NCBI GenBank assembly: GCA_951406725.2
Contig: OX597820.1
Coordinates: forward strand, 10,168,001 to 10,232,000
From: Octopus vulgaris
Taxonomy: Eukaryota
Reading direction: 5' to 3'
Length of the DNA: 64,000 bases
A program made the translations under genes and the position numbers. The first letter of the stretch is position 1. Each line of letters opens with the position of its first letter. Shown one piece after another: positions 51,176 to 64,000 of this stretch. The notes below the pieces were generated by a model. That model was not told where the DNA came from and did not search any database. It worked only from the letters and a program-made list of their open reading frames with translations.

Positions 51176-53090
51176 TGCAATTCCGAAGTGTAAGGTAGAG
51201 GGGAAAACAACAGTGTTAATGAAAGATCGGTCAAAGGGCAATGAGTTGGAAATTACCGACCCATTGCTTGTCTTAAACTCCTGTGGAAAGCATTAACAGG
51301 TATTGCAGGAAAACGTTCCTTGCAGAAAACAATCTACTGCTAGTAGAACAAAAGGGATGCCGAAAAAAATCCAAGGGCACCAAGGACCACCTTGTGATAG
51401 ACAAAGGTATAATGAAGGACTGTTAACGGTACCAAAAAATCTTATGCATGGGTTGAATAGAGTTCAAAAAGGCTTACAACATGTTGCCGCATTCGTGGAT
51501 TTTGGAAACACTCGATATGTGTGGAATAGCTGAGAACATGTGTGCACTGATTAAGAACAGCATGACTATTTGGAAAACATGTCTCTCCTATAACAACCAG
51601 CATTTAGCCGAGGTAACAATCAAAAGAGGTATCGTCCAAGGAGTCTCTTGTTCACCTCTGTTATTTGTTATAGCCTTGATTCCACTTTCTGTATTCCTAC
51701 GCGAAGTCAATGCGCACTATGAGCCGAAAAAGAATGGACCGCGTTTCAACCATCTTCTTTTCATGGATAATTTTAAACTGTTCGCAAAAAAAGAGCCTGA
51801 AAAGGAGAGGCTGGTTGAGATTGAGCAAATATGCAGCAAGGATATAAGGATGGAATTCGGATTTCTCGAAGAGTACTGTGCTTACTTTGAAGCGGGGGGA
51901 AAAGAGTAAATTGTACATACGAGCGGTTGCTGTAGTCCTCTATAGTACACCTTTCCAGGAGCTTGCAATGGACACAAGCGGAGATTAACCAACTCGTCGT
52001 ACTACCCGAAAGACAATGACAATGTATGGTGCCTTCCACACTAAGGCGAATGTACACAGGCTCAGATGAAGAGGGGTAAAGGTGAACATGGGCTGATTAG
52101 CGTACGGGAGTGCATCAAGAGTGAAAGAAGAAACATGACACAATATTTGGTAAACAGCAAAGAAGACCTGCTACAGTATGCTGCTAATGCAGAAGGATTT
52201 CACAAAAATGAACTTGAGAGTGCTCGTGAATTCATAATCAGAATAGCCAACAAGAGAGAAGAAACCCTACTCTGCATGGAGTTACATGGTCAGTTCTACC
52301 GTGAAACCAACAAATTAAAAGACCAGGAAGCAATATTGAGGTGTCTTAAAGGTGACCTAAAAAAGAATACTGAGAGCCTAATCATTGCTGCCCAGAACCA
52401 GGCATTGAATACCAAGAATATATACCACACAAGTGCATCGGACCTCTGCAGAATGTGTGGGAAGGGGGTCGAAAGTGTGACTCACATTGTTAGTGCTTGT
52501 GAAAATCTTGCGCAGAAAGAGAACAAACGTAGACACGACAAAGTAGACCAAAACCTCAACTGGCTACAATGCCGTAAGTATGGATATTAGGTTACGGGTG
52601 CGTGGTACCAACATACACCGTAAAAAGTAATGGACGAAAAGGGAAGGCAAAATTCCTCTGGGTCTTCGACAAGGTATTGGAGCACCGAAGGCCGGAGACA
52701 AGCACGTGTGCCTAATAATTGACGTGGCAGTGCCAGGAGATCAATATATTATCATGAAAGAAAGAGAAAAGGTTTATAAATATGGAGATCTGAGACTTGA
52801 AATCACTAAAATGTGGCAGCTACGAGAGTCAAGCATAAAGGTTATCCCTATTGTTATCGGAGCATTGGGTTCAATGCCACCCCATCTGAAAAACCATCCG
52901 AAAACCTTAGAAATACCCTTCAATCTAGATGTATTGCAAAAGTCGGCATTGCTTCGAACTGCACGCATATTACATGAAGTACTGTCTGTCTGAGGTCCTT
53001 GTTGTGACTTGACAAACAGTACAAACCCCCCCCGGTAGACACAATATTTTCAATAAACAACCTCACGATATTGCATACTGTGCGACTTCT
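51176..53090 (+). pseudogene. Decayed R4/Dong-like element, further family
   Basis: NYRPIACL, EQKGC, GIVQGVSCSPLLF, HLLFMDN, LHGQF, AAQNQAL, CRMCGKGVESVTHIVSAC, RRHD, CLIIDVAVP, IVIGALG. Confidence 0.9.
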
Positions 53091-53132
<42 letters not shown>

Positions 53133-53937
53133 GCAGCAGCAGCAGCAGCAGCAGCAATAATAACGACGATAATAATAATAATAAATAGTAATAAGCACCC
53201 GAAAGACTATTGAAAGTTTGTTGATATCTATCGTTACAAGTAGTAATACGCTACACGCATAAATTGTACCAGAAATAAGAACAAACTTTAGTCAGATTAA
53301 CATAACAACAACAACAGCAACGCTAACGACAACAATAATGATAATAATAATCATAAAATAAATTTGCCGTCGACATTTAATGTGACCCAACAAAATCAAT
53401 CTGTCAGTCATTTGTACAAGGAGAATATATCCATCCATGGACATATTGGTCGGAATTCCGTCATATAGAAGAGTAAAACGAAAATGAGACATTCTCTGTA
53501 TTCCAGGAACTGCCAACGACGACTGATTTAAGAAATTAACGCCAGAGAACAACAACTCCCAAACCAACAAATCCGTCAAGGAATGATCTTGAATAATGAG
53601 ATGAATTTTAAAAAGATGATTTAACTTGTTGATTTGTAACCTACGTAATATATTCAACGTAAATGTAATAAATTTGAATATCGAATATTCAGACCAAATC
53701 TTCGAAAGTGTAATATATGTACTGTTTATCCTCCGAGAATTGCACGGAATTTAATATTCACATATTGCGCTTACTTCTATGCTTATATGAAATTTGTCGT
53801 TTTAGATAAAGCAAATATATTTGGTCGAAGAGGTAACGTCTGTTCTGTTCGATGTCTGATATCCTGTCCGCTAAGTCAAGAATGGCTCCTCTGGTTATTT
53901 TTTCTTTTCTCTTTGTTTTAGGCATTGGATTACGGTC

Positions 53938-54459
53938 CGGTTGAGGTACCGGTTTAAAAGGTTTTTAGTCGAACAAATCGTCCTCAGTACATATGTTTCT
54001 TTTTAAAGAGAGCTACTCATTCTATCGATATATTTCGCCGAAACGTTAAGTTATGGGGCCGTAAACAAGACAACACCGGTTGTCAAGCAGTGCAAGGTGC
54101 AAAAACAGACCGGTTAAGGTACCGGTTTAAAAGGTTTTTAGTCGAACAAATCGTCCTCAGTACATATGTTTTTCTTTTTAAAGAGCGCTACTCATTCTGT
54201 CGATATATTTCGCCGAAACGTTAAGTTATGAGGCCGTAAACAAGACAACACCGGTTGTCAAGCAGTGCAGGGTGCAAAAACAGACCGGTTAAGGTACCGG
54301 TTTAAAAGGTTTTTAGTCGAACAAATCGTCCTCAGTACATATGTTTCTTTTTAAAGAGCGCTACTCATTCTGTCGATATATTTCGCCGAAACGTTAAGTT
54401 ATGGGGCCGTAAACAAGACAACACCGGTTGTCAAGCAGTGCAGGGTGCAAAAACAGACC
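53938..54459. repeat. Three tandem ~173-bp units derived from a CORE-like SINE 3' half
   Basis: Unit CCGGTT(G/A)AGGTACCGGTTTAAAAGG...GTGCAAAAACAGA at about 53938, 54110 and 54285. Confidence 0.9.
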
Positions 54460-54784
54460 TATATTATCTACTACGTTGTAATCATTTCCGTTTCAAATTA
54501 TATTGTCTTAGGTGATAGGTATCTTAACTCCAGCATTTACAGCGTAAACTATTTTCTGGTTAACTATGCTTTACTGGTTAACTATGCTTTACTGGTTAAC
54601 TATGCTTTTATTGGGTTAATAAAATTGCACGCCAGGGCCTCCTACTGTGTCTGATATATTTAAGCTCTTTTGGTAATGGTAATATTGGGGCGGGACGGAA
54701 GGTTTATCTATTATTTTTATTTGACCTTGTAATATTGTTTGGTAAATGTTTATAGTATGCACTTCTGCGCACAGACACACGCAC

Positions 54785-54906
<122 letters not shown>

Positions 54907-55964
54907 CTGAGGTGCTTAACTCAAATCCTCAATTATCTATTGATTAATCAAAACTACAAGTTTTCTATTAATATTTTTGTTATGAATTGTTGATTTCTTT
55001 TGAAAGAAAAACAATGCGGTCTTTGAAGTTGCAGAGGAATAGAAGAAAACGAGGCGAGAGACAGCAACAAAGCGAGAGAGTGAGAGATGGAGTGAGTGAT
55101 AGAGATAATGTGCAAAATCCCCATCAACAACACGAAAATAATAAAAGGCCGAGTAAGAGGAATCAAAAAGGCAAAAAGAAGAGATATATAAAAACCATAA
55201 TGGTTTCTGACTTTAACCCTAAGCTACAAATTTGTAAGAAGACGGTTGTTAGAATGGACCACAAGTATTACACTGTGACTTATTTGTTCCATCATAGAAT
55301 GATGAAACGGGAGTTGATCCGGGTGCAGTTTCTAATCAGAACTTCTCTAAATAACGGTTTCAAATTTTGGCACGAGGCCACCAATTGCAGGGTAGGTAAG
55401 TCGTTACATTGTCGTCAGTGCTGAACTGGCAGTTATTTTATCGATCCCGCAAAAAGAACGACAGGTAAGGTTGACCTAGAAAGAAATTGAACTCAGAACG
55501 TAAAGTCGGACGAAAAGTTACTTTACAAATTGACCGGCGTGCTAACGATTCTGCCAGCTTGCTGCTTTGGATCATATCTAACTAATGCAGAATCGTTATC
55601 AAACCGAACAAAATACCTATCGGAATTTCTTCCGGCACTTTATGTAGTGTTTCCAAATTCTATCAAGGTGGACTTTGCATCTCATTTTTCTGGGGTGGGC
55701 AAAATAAGTTCTTGTTAAGCACTGGGGTCGATGGAAATGGAAACCCTCTGCCCTCATAATTGTAGGCTTTCTCCCTGCGGGGATGACAGAGCACAATCTT
55801 TAGTGCGTCGGACAAACTCATAAGTAGCATTTCTTCCGGTGTTTTACGTTCTAAGATTAAATTTCGCTGAAGTCAACTTTTCCTTTCATCTTCTCGGGTT
55901 CGGTGAAATAAGGTACCAAGTCAAGTCCTGGGGGTCGACGTAACCGATTAACTAAATTCAAATT

Positions 55965-56347
55965 GGAAGCACTCCGTCGGTTACGATGACGAGGGTTCTG
56001 GTTGATCCGAATCAACGGAACAGCCTGCTCGTGAAATTAACGTGTAAGTGGCTGAGCACTCCACAGACACGTGTACCCTTAACGTAGTTCTCGGGGATAT
56101 TCAGCGTGACACAGAGAGTGACAAGGCCGGCCCTTTGAAATACAGGTACAACAGAAACAGGAAGTAAGAGTGAGAGAAAGTTGTGGTGAAAGAGTACAGC
56201 AGGGATCACCACCATCCCTGCCGGAGCCTCGTGGAGCTTTAGGTGTTTTCGCTCAATAAACACTCACAACGCCCGGTCTGGGAATCGAAACCGCGATCCT
56301 ATGACCGCGAGTCCGCTGCCCTAACCACTGGGCCATTGCGCCTCCAC
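55965..56347 (-). mobile_element. Full-length tRNA-derived SINE with 11-bp TSD
   Basis: TSD AAATTCAAATT at 55954-55964 and 56348-56358. Confidence 0.9.
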
Positions 56348-57145
56348 AAATTCAAATTACGATAAACGTAAACAAAGAAGCGTTGAGACGTCTTAGAAAG
56401 TTAAAGAAGTGGTTTTAAATCCTCAAACGCAGGATAATTAGCTGAAAATACCATGACACTTATGGGGCTTAATCGTGCACGTGTACGCAAATTCATATAA
56501 AAAAGATACGTGGCTTTGCGGTGATATTCTGCGTAGCAAGCATTATAGATAGTCGCTGGGGCGCGCTTTCGCAGTTCAAGCAGAATCTTTGACTGATCGT
56601 CGACCCGTCTATTCACAGATCATTTAGTGATAAATGATACGCATAACTACGTTCACAGATGGATGTACGGTGTTATCTCGGATCAGTGATAAACGACGAT
56701 AGATGTATTCTGTATAAATTTCGTCATGGTAAGCTAGTTCTGTGGACAAATCTTATTTGTATCATCTTCCCTAAATCCCCACCATAAAATGATATCTAAC
56801 TCTACTTATAAGGTGACCGTATTCAGTAAAAACAAAATCTGAAAGTGAATTAGTTGATATTTTGATCAGGAAATTGAAACAAGCAAATTCCGAACGTTGT
56901 CTATTAATTTCGTCGGATTACGTATTACTCGGTGTCTCTATTACTGTATTGTTTACAGCTTTCGATAAGCAGAAGTAATTTCTGATATTTTGTATTACGT
57001 CTGCGTCTTTGTTTCTTTCAAGGAGACGCATCTCATTCTCTAGTTTTCTGGCTTTTATGTTTACAGCCAGATTAGCCTTCATCTTAACGTGATGTTTCTG
57101 CTAGGCCGGTTTCTGTGGTTTCTTCTGTAATTCCCTCCTGACCCC

Positions 57146-57200
<55 letters not shown>

Positions 57201-57310
57201 GACACACACTGACACATACTCATATATATATATATGTGCGACAGTTTATATGATTGTGTACAGATAAATGATATTGGTCAATGAAATTCTAACAACGTCT
57301 GAATTTCACG

Positions 57311-57359
<49 letters not shown>

Positions 57360-57362
57360 TGC

Positions 57363-57415
<53 letters not shown>

Positions 57416-58523
57416 TATATATATGTTTATATATATATATATGTGTACTCTATATACATACATATATAGGGAGAATTCCCAAAAAATAAAAGACGAAGGC
57501 AGGTGGAGTAGACAACAAACAGATGTATTAGTTTAAAGCTCGGGAAGTGAAAAAGTCATGGCGAATGCCGGACGGAAGGGTCACACAGGAGAGCTAGGAA
57601 GAAGGGGAGATAATAAAGTAATAGTGATCCCAAAACGAAGGTGTGCGTGCGTGTGTATAAGAGGGCATGTATGTACGTGTGGGAGAGGGCTAGTGACTTT
57701 GACCAGTTTGTGTCTACATCATTTTATTAAATGTTGTAAGTATTACAACAGATTTAAGATGCTGAGTACTCATCAGCCAATTATAGAGGTTTTCCATTAA
57801 TACAAAAATTTTCAAATCAAGTGGCAACATTATAGAGAAGGTAGATATATAGACAAAGATGTGGAGTTAAATTTTAAGAACATATGAGGTAGTGGAGTCC
57901 CTCAACTGACTGACTAAGATTTGGTTGGTTTTGCTGAACTTATATATATATATACATACACATAAAGCAGGCGGCGAGTTGTCAGTGTCAAACGAAATGC
58001 CTCAATGTGCTGGTTCCGGATTTCTGCGCTCCGAGGTTAAATTTGGGATTTAACCTTTTTGGGTTATATAAAATGTACTGATTCAGGGCGGTAGAGTGTC
58101 ATAACTATTAGAATAGGATACCGGATGCAACATTGATAGAAGCCTAGATTCGGATATGAACGGAAAGAGATGATTAGTTTGGAATTTGGCAACCCACACA
58201 GACAAGCGGATCATGATAAATCGAAGCGGATATTGCTGTCAAAGAGTTGCACGAAAGGAAATTCATCCTAACTGACGTATGGGACACTTCAGCTGATAGA
58301 TTATTAAAAAAGAGAAATTATCCAGATAAAATGTTCTAGAAATAGAGATAAGGATCAACGTGCTGATCGTTGCAGATTTTAAGCAGAACTCAAATCCATA
58401 TAATGACAGGTGCCTTGAAAATGATTAAAATCATGCAAACACGAAAAACGAAACCAAAGGCCTTACAATAATAATAATGATGATGATGATGATGACAACA
58501 ACAACAACAACAATAATAATAAA

Positions 58524-59243
58524 TGTCCTGATGCTGTACCAGGTTGTGGCTATCGCGGCTTCCGATCTTAACTGATTGGAAGTGGTATCATGTACATTGT
58601 TTTGTCTTGGTATAAAAGATGGGCTACAGCAAATATTTTGCTTAATACCTATTTGTTTATTACCCACAAGGGGCTAAACACAGAGGGGACAAACAAGGAC
58701 AGACATAGGTATTAAGTCGATTACATCGACCCCAGTGCGTAACTGGTACTTAATTTATCGGCCCCGAAAGGATGAAAAGTAAAGTCGACCTCGGCGGAAT
58801 TTGAACTCACAACGTAGCGGCAGACGTGAGTTCAAATTCCGCTTGTCACTTGTTTGACCTTAACCAGTTGAGCATGTCCCTTAGTGGCTGACAATATGTG
58901 CATCTCTGATCACGAGCAGAGGTAGTGGGGAGCATCACAGGCATGTGTTTAGAAGTCTTTGGAGTTTGAATAATTCACCTTTGGAAACATGGGTATTTCG
59001 TTCAACATCCTTAAACAACCTTTATTCAGGGGCCTTTTGAGCGGGATAGGCTTCTCAACCTGAAGAAAATTCTAACTGGGCCTCACATGCAAGATGATGC
59101 GCTGTTTATCTTGATATGAGATCACTATATCGCGCACTTATGGTTGTGATGCATGTGCCTGGTATAACCTTATCAGACGGGTAGTCATGATGGGTATTTT
59201 ACCCCAGTATTACTTTGATGCCATGCACTGCCCTCTCACTCAA
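58524..59243. mobile_element. Second copy of the ~550-bp repeat, interrupted by a young SINE (58650-58842)
   Basis: Reverse complement of 29162-29716. Confidence 0.8.
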
Positions 59244-59303
<60 letters not shown>

Positions 59304-59337
59304 AACAACAGCAACAACAACAACAACAACAACAACA

Positions 59338-59410
<73 letters not shown>

Positions 59411-59419
59411 ATAATAATA

Positions 59420-60300
59420 ACTCTTACGAACTGCACTGAAGTATAAAGATTCTAAGCAAACTTCAGTCATGAAGCTAAGTAAGAAATTTAAAAAGTCTCT
59501 TGGCCTAAAAGTTAACAATAAGAATGATCGAAGACACCAAAATACTGACAGACCTACCATTGCCTCTCCTGATTTAGAAATTAACAATCAGAAAGACCAT
59601 CGAGATCCAAATCGTGACAAATCAATCACTGATGCAAAAAATATGAAACTAAAAGCAAAGAAGGCTTGCATGAAAAATGTCGAAGACAGCTGGGACGGCA
59701 AATGGGAAATGGTCTAACCGCATGTCCAAGCCAGATATTGATCAAAATCTAACACACCAATGGCTACAAGGGACAAGTCTGAAAGGAGGAAACAGAAGGT
59801 TTTGTTATTACAGCGCAAGATCAGAGCTTACCTGCCACAAACTACCATGCAAATGTCCTTAAAGACGGATCTGACTCTCTGTTCAGAATTTGATCATGGA
59901 CTACAACAGAGGAACCTGACTGTTAATAGATATCTCTGTCCCACAAGATCAAAATGTCTCAAGAAAGGAATACGAAAAGCTTTCTCACTATAAAGATCTG
60001 CAAATTGAAATCACAAAAATATAAAAGCTTAGTACTACGATGATATCAGTAGTAAATGGTGCGTTGCGAATGATAAAGAAGGGAGCTGAGAAGTGTATTA
60101 AACAACTCCCTGCTAACTCCAATCCCCGTGAACTACAAAAGATAACCTTAATGGATACAGCCTATATACTACGGAAAGCACTCACCATCTAAAATGGAAT
60201 AAATGTGGTGATAATTTTAGCATGCATAGCAAAACAAAAGTGCTCTTGCTACTCTTGGCCTCCGGAGGACGCCCAGTTCTAAAGCAGCTGAAATAAAGTT
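59420..60300 (+). pseudogene. Decayed R4/Dong-like 3' region
   Basis: DIDQNLTHQWLQGTSLK, ETEGFVITAQDQSL, YKDLQIEI, LQKITLMDTAYILRKAL. Confidence 0.85.
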
Positions 60301-60336
60301 ATAACGAAATGAAACCACATATTTTAATAATAATAG

Positions 60337-60635
60337 TACTCTCTTTTACTCTTTTACTTGTTTCAGTCTCTTTTGCCGAACCGCTACGTTACGGGGACGT
60401 AAACACACCAGTATCGGTTGTCAAGCGATGTTGGGGGGACAAACACAGAGACACAAACATATACACATATACGACGGGCTTCTTTCAGTTTCCGTCTACC
60501 AAATCCACTCACAAGGCTTTGGTCAGCCCGAGGCTATAGTAGAAGACACATGCCCAAGGTGCCACGCAGTGGGACGGAACCTGGAACCATGTGGTTCGTA
60601 AGCAACCTACTTACCACACAGCCACTCCTACGCCT
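60337..60635 (-). mobile_element. CORE-like SINE with internal deletion
   Basis: Head AGGCGTAGGAGTGGCTGTGTGGTAAG; tail (GTAAAAGA)2. Confidence 0.85.
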
Positions 60636-62178
60636 ACTGATAATAATAATCGTAATATAATGGTTTCAACTTTTGGTTCAAAGCCAGCAATTTTCAGAGA
60701 AGAGGGCAACTCGATTACATCGATCGCAGTGTTAAGCTGGTTCTTATGTTATCGCCCCCGAAAGATGAAAAGCAAACTTGGACGGAATTTCAACTCAAAA
60801 CGTACACAATCGGAAGAAATGCCTCTAGGCGTTTTATCCGACTCGCTAACGATTCTGTCAATTCGTCACTTTATAAGATTTATAATAATTCAGAACACAG
60901 TTAATAGCGGTACTAGGCTCCGAATTAGTATTCTGTAGAATGAGTGTTTTCGATATAACAACAGAAAAACAAAATGAAACACGGCATGTATTTAACACGT
61001 TTGAATCTATGCGTGGTTGTGCATAACGATGTGTGACTGTTGTGTAGAAAGGGAAATATAACAGTTTCTGATATTCAAGTATTTGCAAAGAGCATTCATA
61101 GTGTAAGTAAAATGAATTGGATTCCAGCAAAAATAGATCGCAGTCAAAAGCCAGAACAAGAAGAGAACAAAAAAATAGAAAAGAATAGAAAAAAAATGAG
61201 GACGAGAAGTAAAAGAACAACATCAGCAACAACAACAACAATAACAAAGAAAATGAGAGCAAATATGAGTAAGTAGAGCAACAATTTGACCAGAAAAAAA
61301 TTTGTTTTGGAATAATAATTCATGCATTAGTAAAAACAACAACAACAAAAAAATCAAACGAAAAAAAAAAACGAATTATATGCATTGAAAGGGAAAAATA
61401 TCACAAAAGCAAATCTCTCGATTGATGGAATGGTGTGAAATACAGTGAAAGAAAACTGGAGGAAACGATCGATAAATATAACATTATCTTCAATTCAGTG
61501 ATATCATAGGATCTTTATTATTCAATAATGTTTTTTCATCCTTTTATCAGAAACGACAGTCCTTCTTCCAAAAGATTAACTTCAAGATTTATTTTTCCCT
61601 CCTCTCCACGTTCGTACGACAACTGCGAGTCTTATATTATATTTCTCTTTTAATTAACTTTCTATATCTCCATCACATATTTAGCTCTCTCCCTCTCTTT
61701 CTTGCACCGTTCCCCTCATTTCTATCTCCTTCTATATGCGAGTGTTAATACGGTTAAGAACCTTTAACCTGTCAGATTGATTTGTTATGATTCGATATAA
61801 AATCCTGTATATAATTATTTTCTTCCATAGCAATGAAACGTACCAAAAAACCGCGAGTGAAGATGAAGGATTAAATTATCAATGTAAAAAAGCGAGTCTA
61901 TAATTCCATTTAAAATGCTCTCCTTAAGCAATGGCCATTGGATCTTTGAAAAGCACGACGCCCGATAACGAAGAAAGCCGCATCAGCGTTCAGTTTATAT
62001 TGGTGAGAAATTCAAAGTGTTATCAGGTGTTGGGGAACAGAGATATAGAAATTGTAAGAGTCAAAGACATTGTACAGTGTTGTAGTTGCCTAGTTTTATT
62101 ATAAGATTATTGGGGTTTATGGATGTAGTGGCAAGTTAGATGGACGGATTTTCTTAGTTGCAGTCTAGAATTAATTTC

Positions 62179-62244
<66 letters not shown>

Positions 62245-62448
62245 GAGAATGAAGCAGAAGATCTCAGAGTAAGCACTCCCGCAAGCAATCAGGTTAATAT
62301 TAAGAATATTACGAAACGGCTGTAATCATACGGAAAACATTAAATCAGTATTCCTCTCCCATGCCTTCTGATTTCATGGTTAACCCTCCACATATGTAAG
62401 CACATACATATATATAAAAGAGAAAACAGAAAATTGAGAAATATTATT

Positions 62449-62548
<100 letters not shown>

Positions 62549-62810
62549 TATAACAGAAAATGGAGAAATATTGTTTTCTACTCTAGACTCAAAGGCCCGA
62601 AATTTTTGTGTTGGGACTAGTCGATTGTCCCTACATCGACCCAGTACGCAACTGGTACTTAATTTACCGATAGAATAAGTACTGGGCTTACAAAAGAATA
62701 AGTCCCGAGGTTGAGTTGCTCGATTAAAGGCGGTGCTCCAGCATGGCCGCAGTCAAATGACTGAAACAAGTGAAAGAGATATATGTATAACAGAAAATGG
62801 AGAAATATTG

Positions 62811-63371
62811 TTTTCTACTCTAGACTCAAAGGCCCGAAATTTTTGTGTTGGGACTAGTCGATTACATCGACCCAGTACGCAACTGGTACTTAATTTATCG
62901 ACCCCGAAATGATGAAAGGCAAAGTCGACCTCGGTGGAATTTGAACTCAGTGTGTAAAGACAGACAAAATACCTATTTCTTTACTACCCACAAGGAGCTA
63001 AACACAGAGAGGACAAACAAGGACAGACAAACGGATTAAGTCGATTATATCGACCCCAGTGCGTAACTGGTACTTATTTAATCGACCCCGAAATGATGAA
63101 AGGCAAAGTCGACCTCGGTGGAATTTGAACTCAGTGTGTAAAGACAGACAAAATACCTATTTCTTTACTACCCACAAGGAGCTAAACACAGAGAGGACAA
63201 ACAAGGACAGACAAACGGATTAAGTCGATTATATCGACCCCAGTGCGTAACTGGTACTTATTTAATCGACCCCGAAATGATGAAAGGCAAAGTCGACCTC
63301 AGCGGAATTTGAGCTCAGAACGTAACGGCATTTCGCCCGGCGTGCTAACGTTTCTGACAGTTCGCCACCTT
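62811..63371 (-). mobile_element. Trimeric Deu/Nin SINE with 17-bp TSD
   Basis: TSD AAAATGGAGAAATATTG at 62794-62810 and 63372-63388; 184-bp internal period. Confidence 0.9.
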
Positions 63372-64000
63372 AAAATGGAGAAATATTGATGAACAGCAAT
63401 TGCCTCGCAACAAATCAGAGTGAAAAATAAATAACAAAGGAAGAACCTAGAGAAGAAAAAGGAAAAGTTGAAAATGGCTGTAATCCTACCATTTTGTTTC
63501 TGTTTCTCTTTGGGGCGTTAAGTAAATGACTAAACTTAAAATAGCATTTTATGGATTAATCCTTTGTACGAGGTGGGGGGGATAGGATGGATAAATAATA
63601 AAAAAAAAAATAATAATTTTGGGATACACCAATAGGTTTTAGTCGGAGAAGGTGTGAAGATACAATAAGGTAATTTTTTAATAATTATGTTTATAAAACA
63701 AAAAAGAAATGCGCCCTTTTAAAGCCTAGGCAGGCTCATAGGCCCGGTTTTCCCGGTTTCAATGGCTTCTGGACAGGATGCTAGTCAGTCACAGGATTAC
63801 TCATTTTTGCCAGCTGAGTGGACTGGAGCAACGTGAAATGAATTATTTTGCTCAAGAACACAACGTATCGCCCGGTCCAGGGATCGAAACCGCAATCTCA
63901 CGATCATAATGCTGACACCCTAACCACTAAGCCACGCACCTCCATAATTACGTTTATAGCACAAAATGATATATTCATCATAATGAAGTGGTAATCGATT

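Noticed and set aside
62245-62330. CAGAAGA...GAAACGGCTGTAATCAT as a complete hammerhead
   Set aside because: Core mutated and stems I and II unconvincing; counted only as a half-motif.

Overview
AT-rich, repeat-saturated eukaryotic DNA with no recognisable host-gene exon, rRNA, true tRNA or CRISPR array. The SINE families and microsatellite load point to a cephalopod, probably Octopus (inference). Almost all listed ORFs are microsatellite or SINE artefacts. The one long ORF (35737-38958, minus) belongs to a nearly intact R4/Dong-clade non-LTR retrotransposon (RT plus restriction-like endonuclease); one added base would extend it to about 1272 aa. About 8 further, mostly divergent Dong-like remnants sit in or beside (TAA)n tracts. 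Also present: a decayed CR1-group LINE, a Tc1/mariner with TIRs and TA TSD, two Helitron copies, a Helentron-like element, a ~550-bp microsatellite-embedded repeat, and four tRNA-headed SINE families. The main unannotated signal is a set of type I hammerhead ribozyme motifs from several sequence-distinct families. They lie in short non-coding islands inside (TA)n tracts, mostly at 19-28 kb, and some are in fold-back pairs as in Penelope-like pseudo-LTRs. One has a U3:A8 compensatory core and one has a possibly pseudoknotted stem II. A tRNA-headed element also carries a degenerate hammerhead. A second signal is a young SINE subfamily that inserts next to GGT and nests repeatedly in its own family. 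All calls come from reading the sequence by eye; no searches or folding programs were run.
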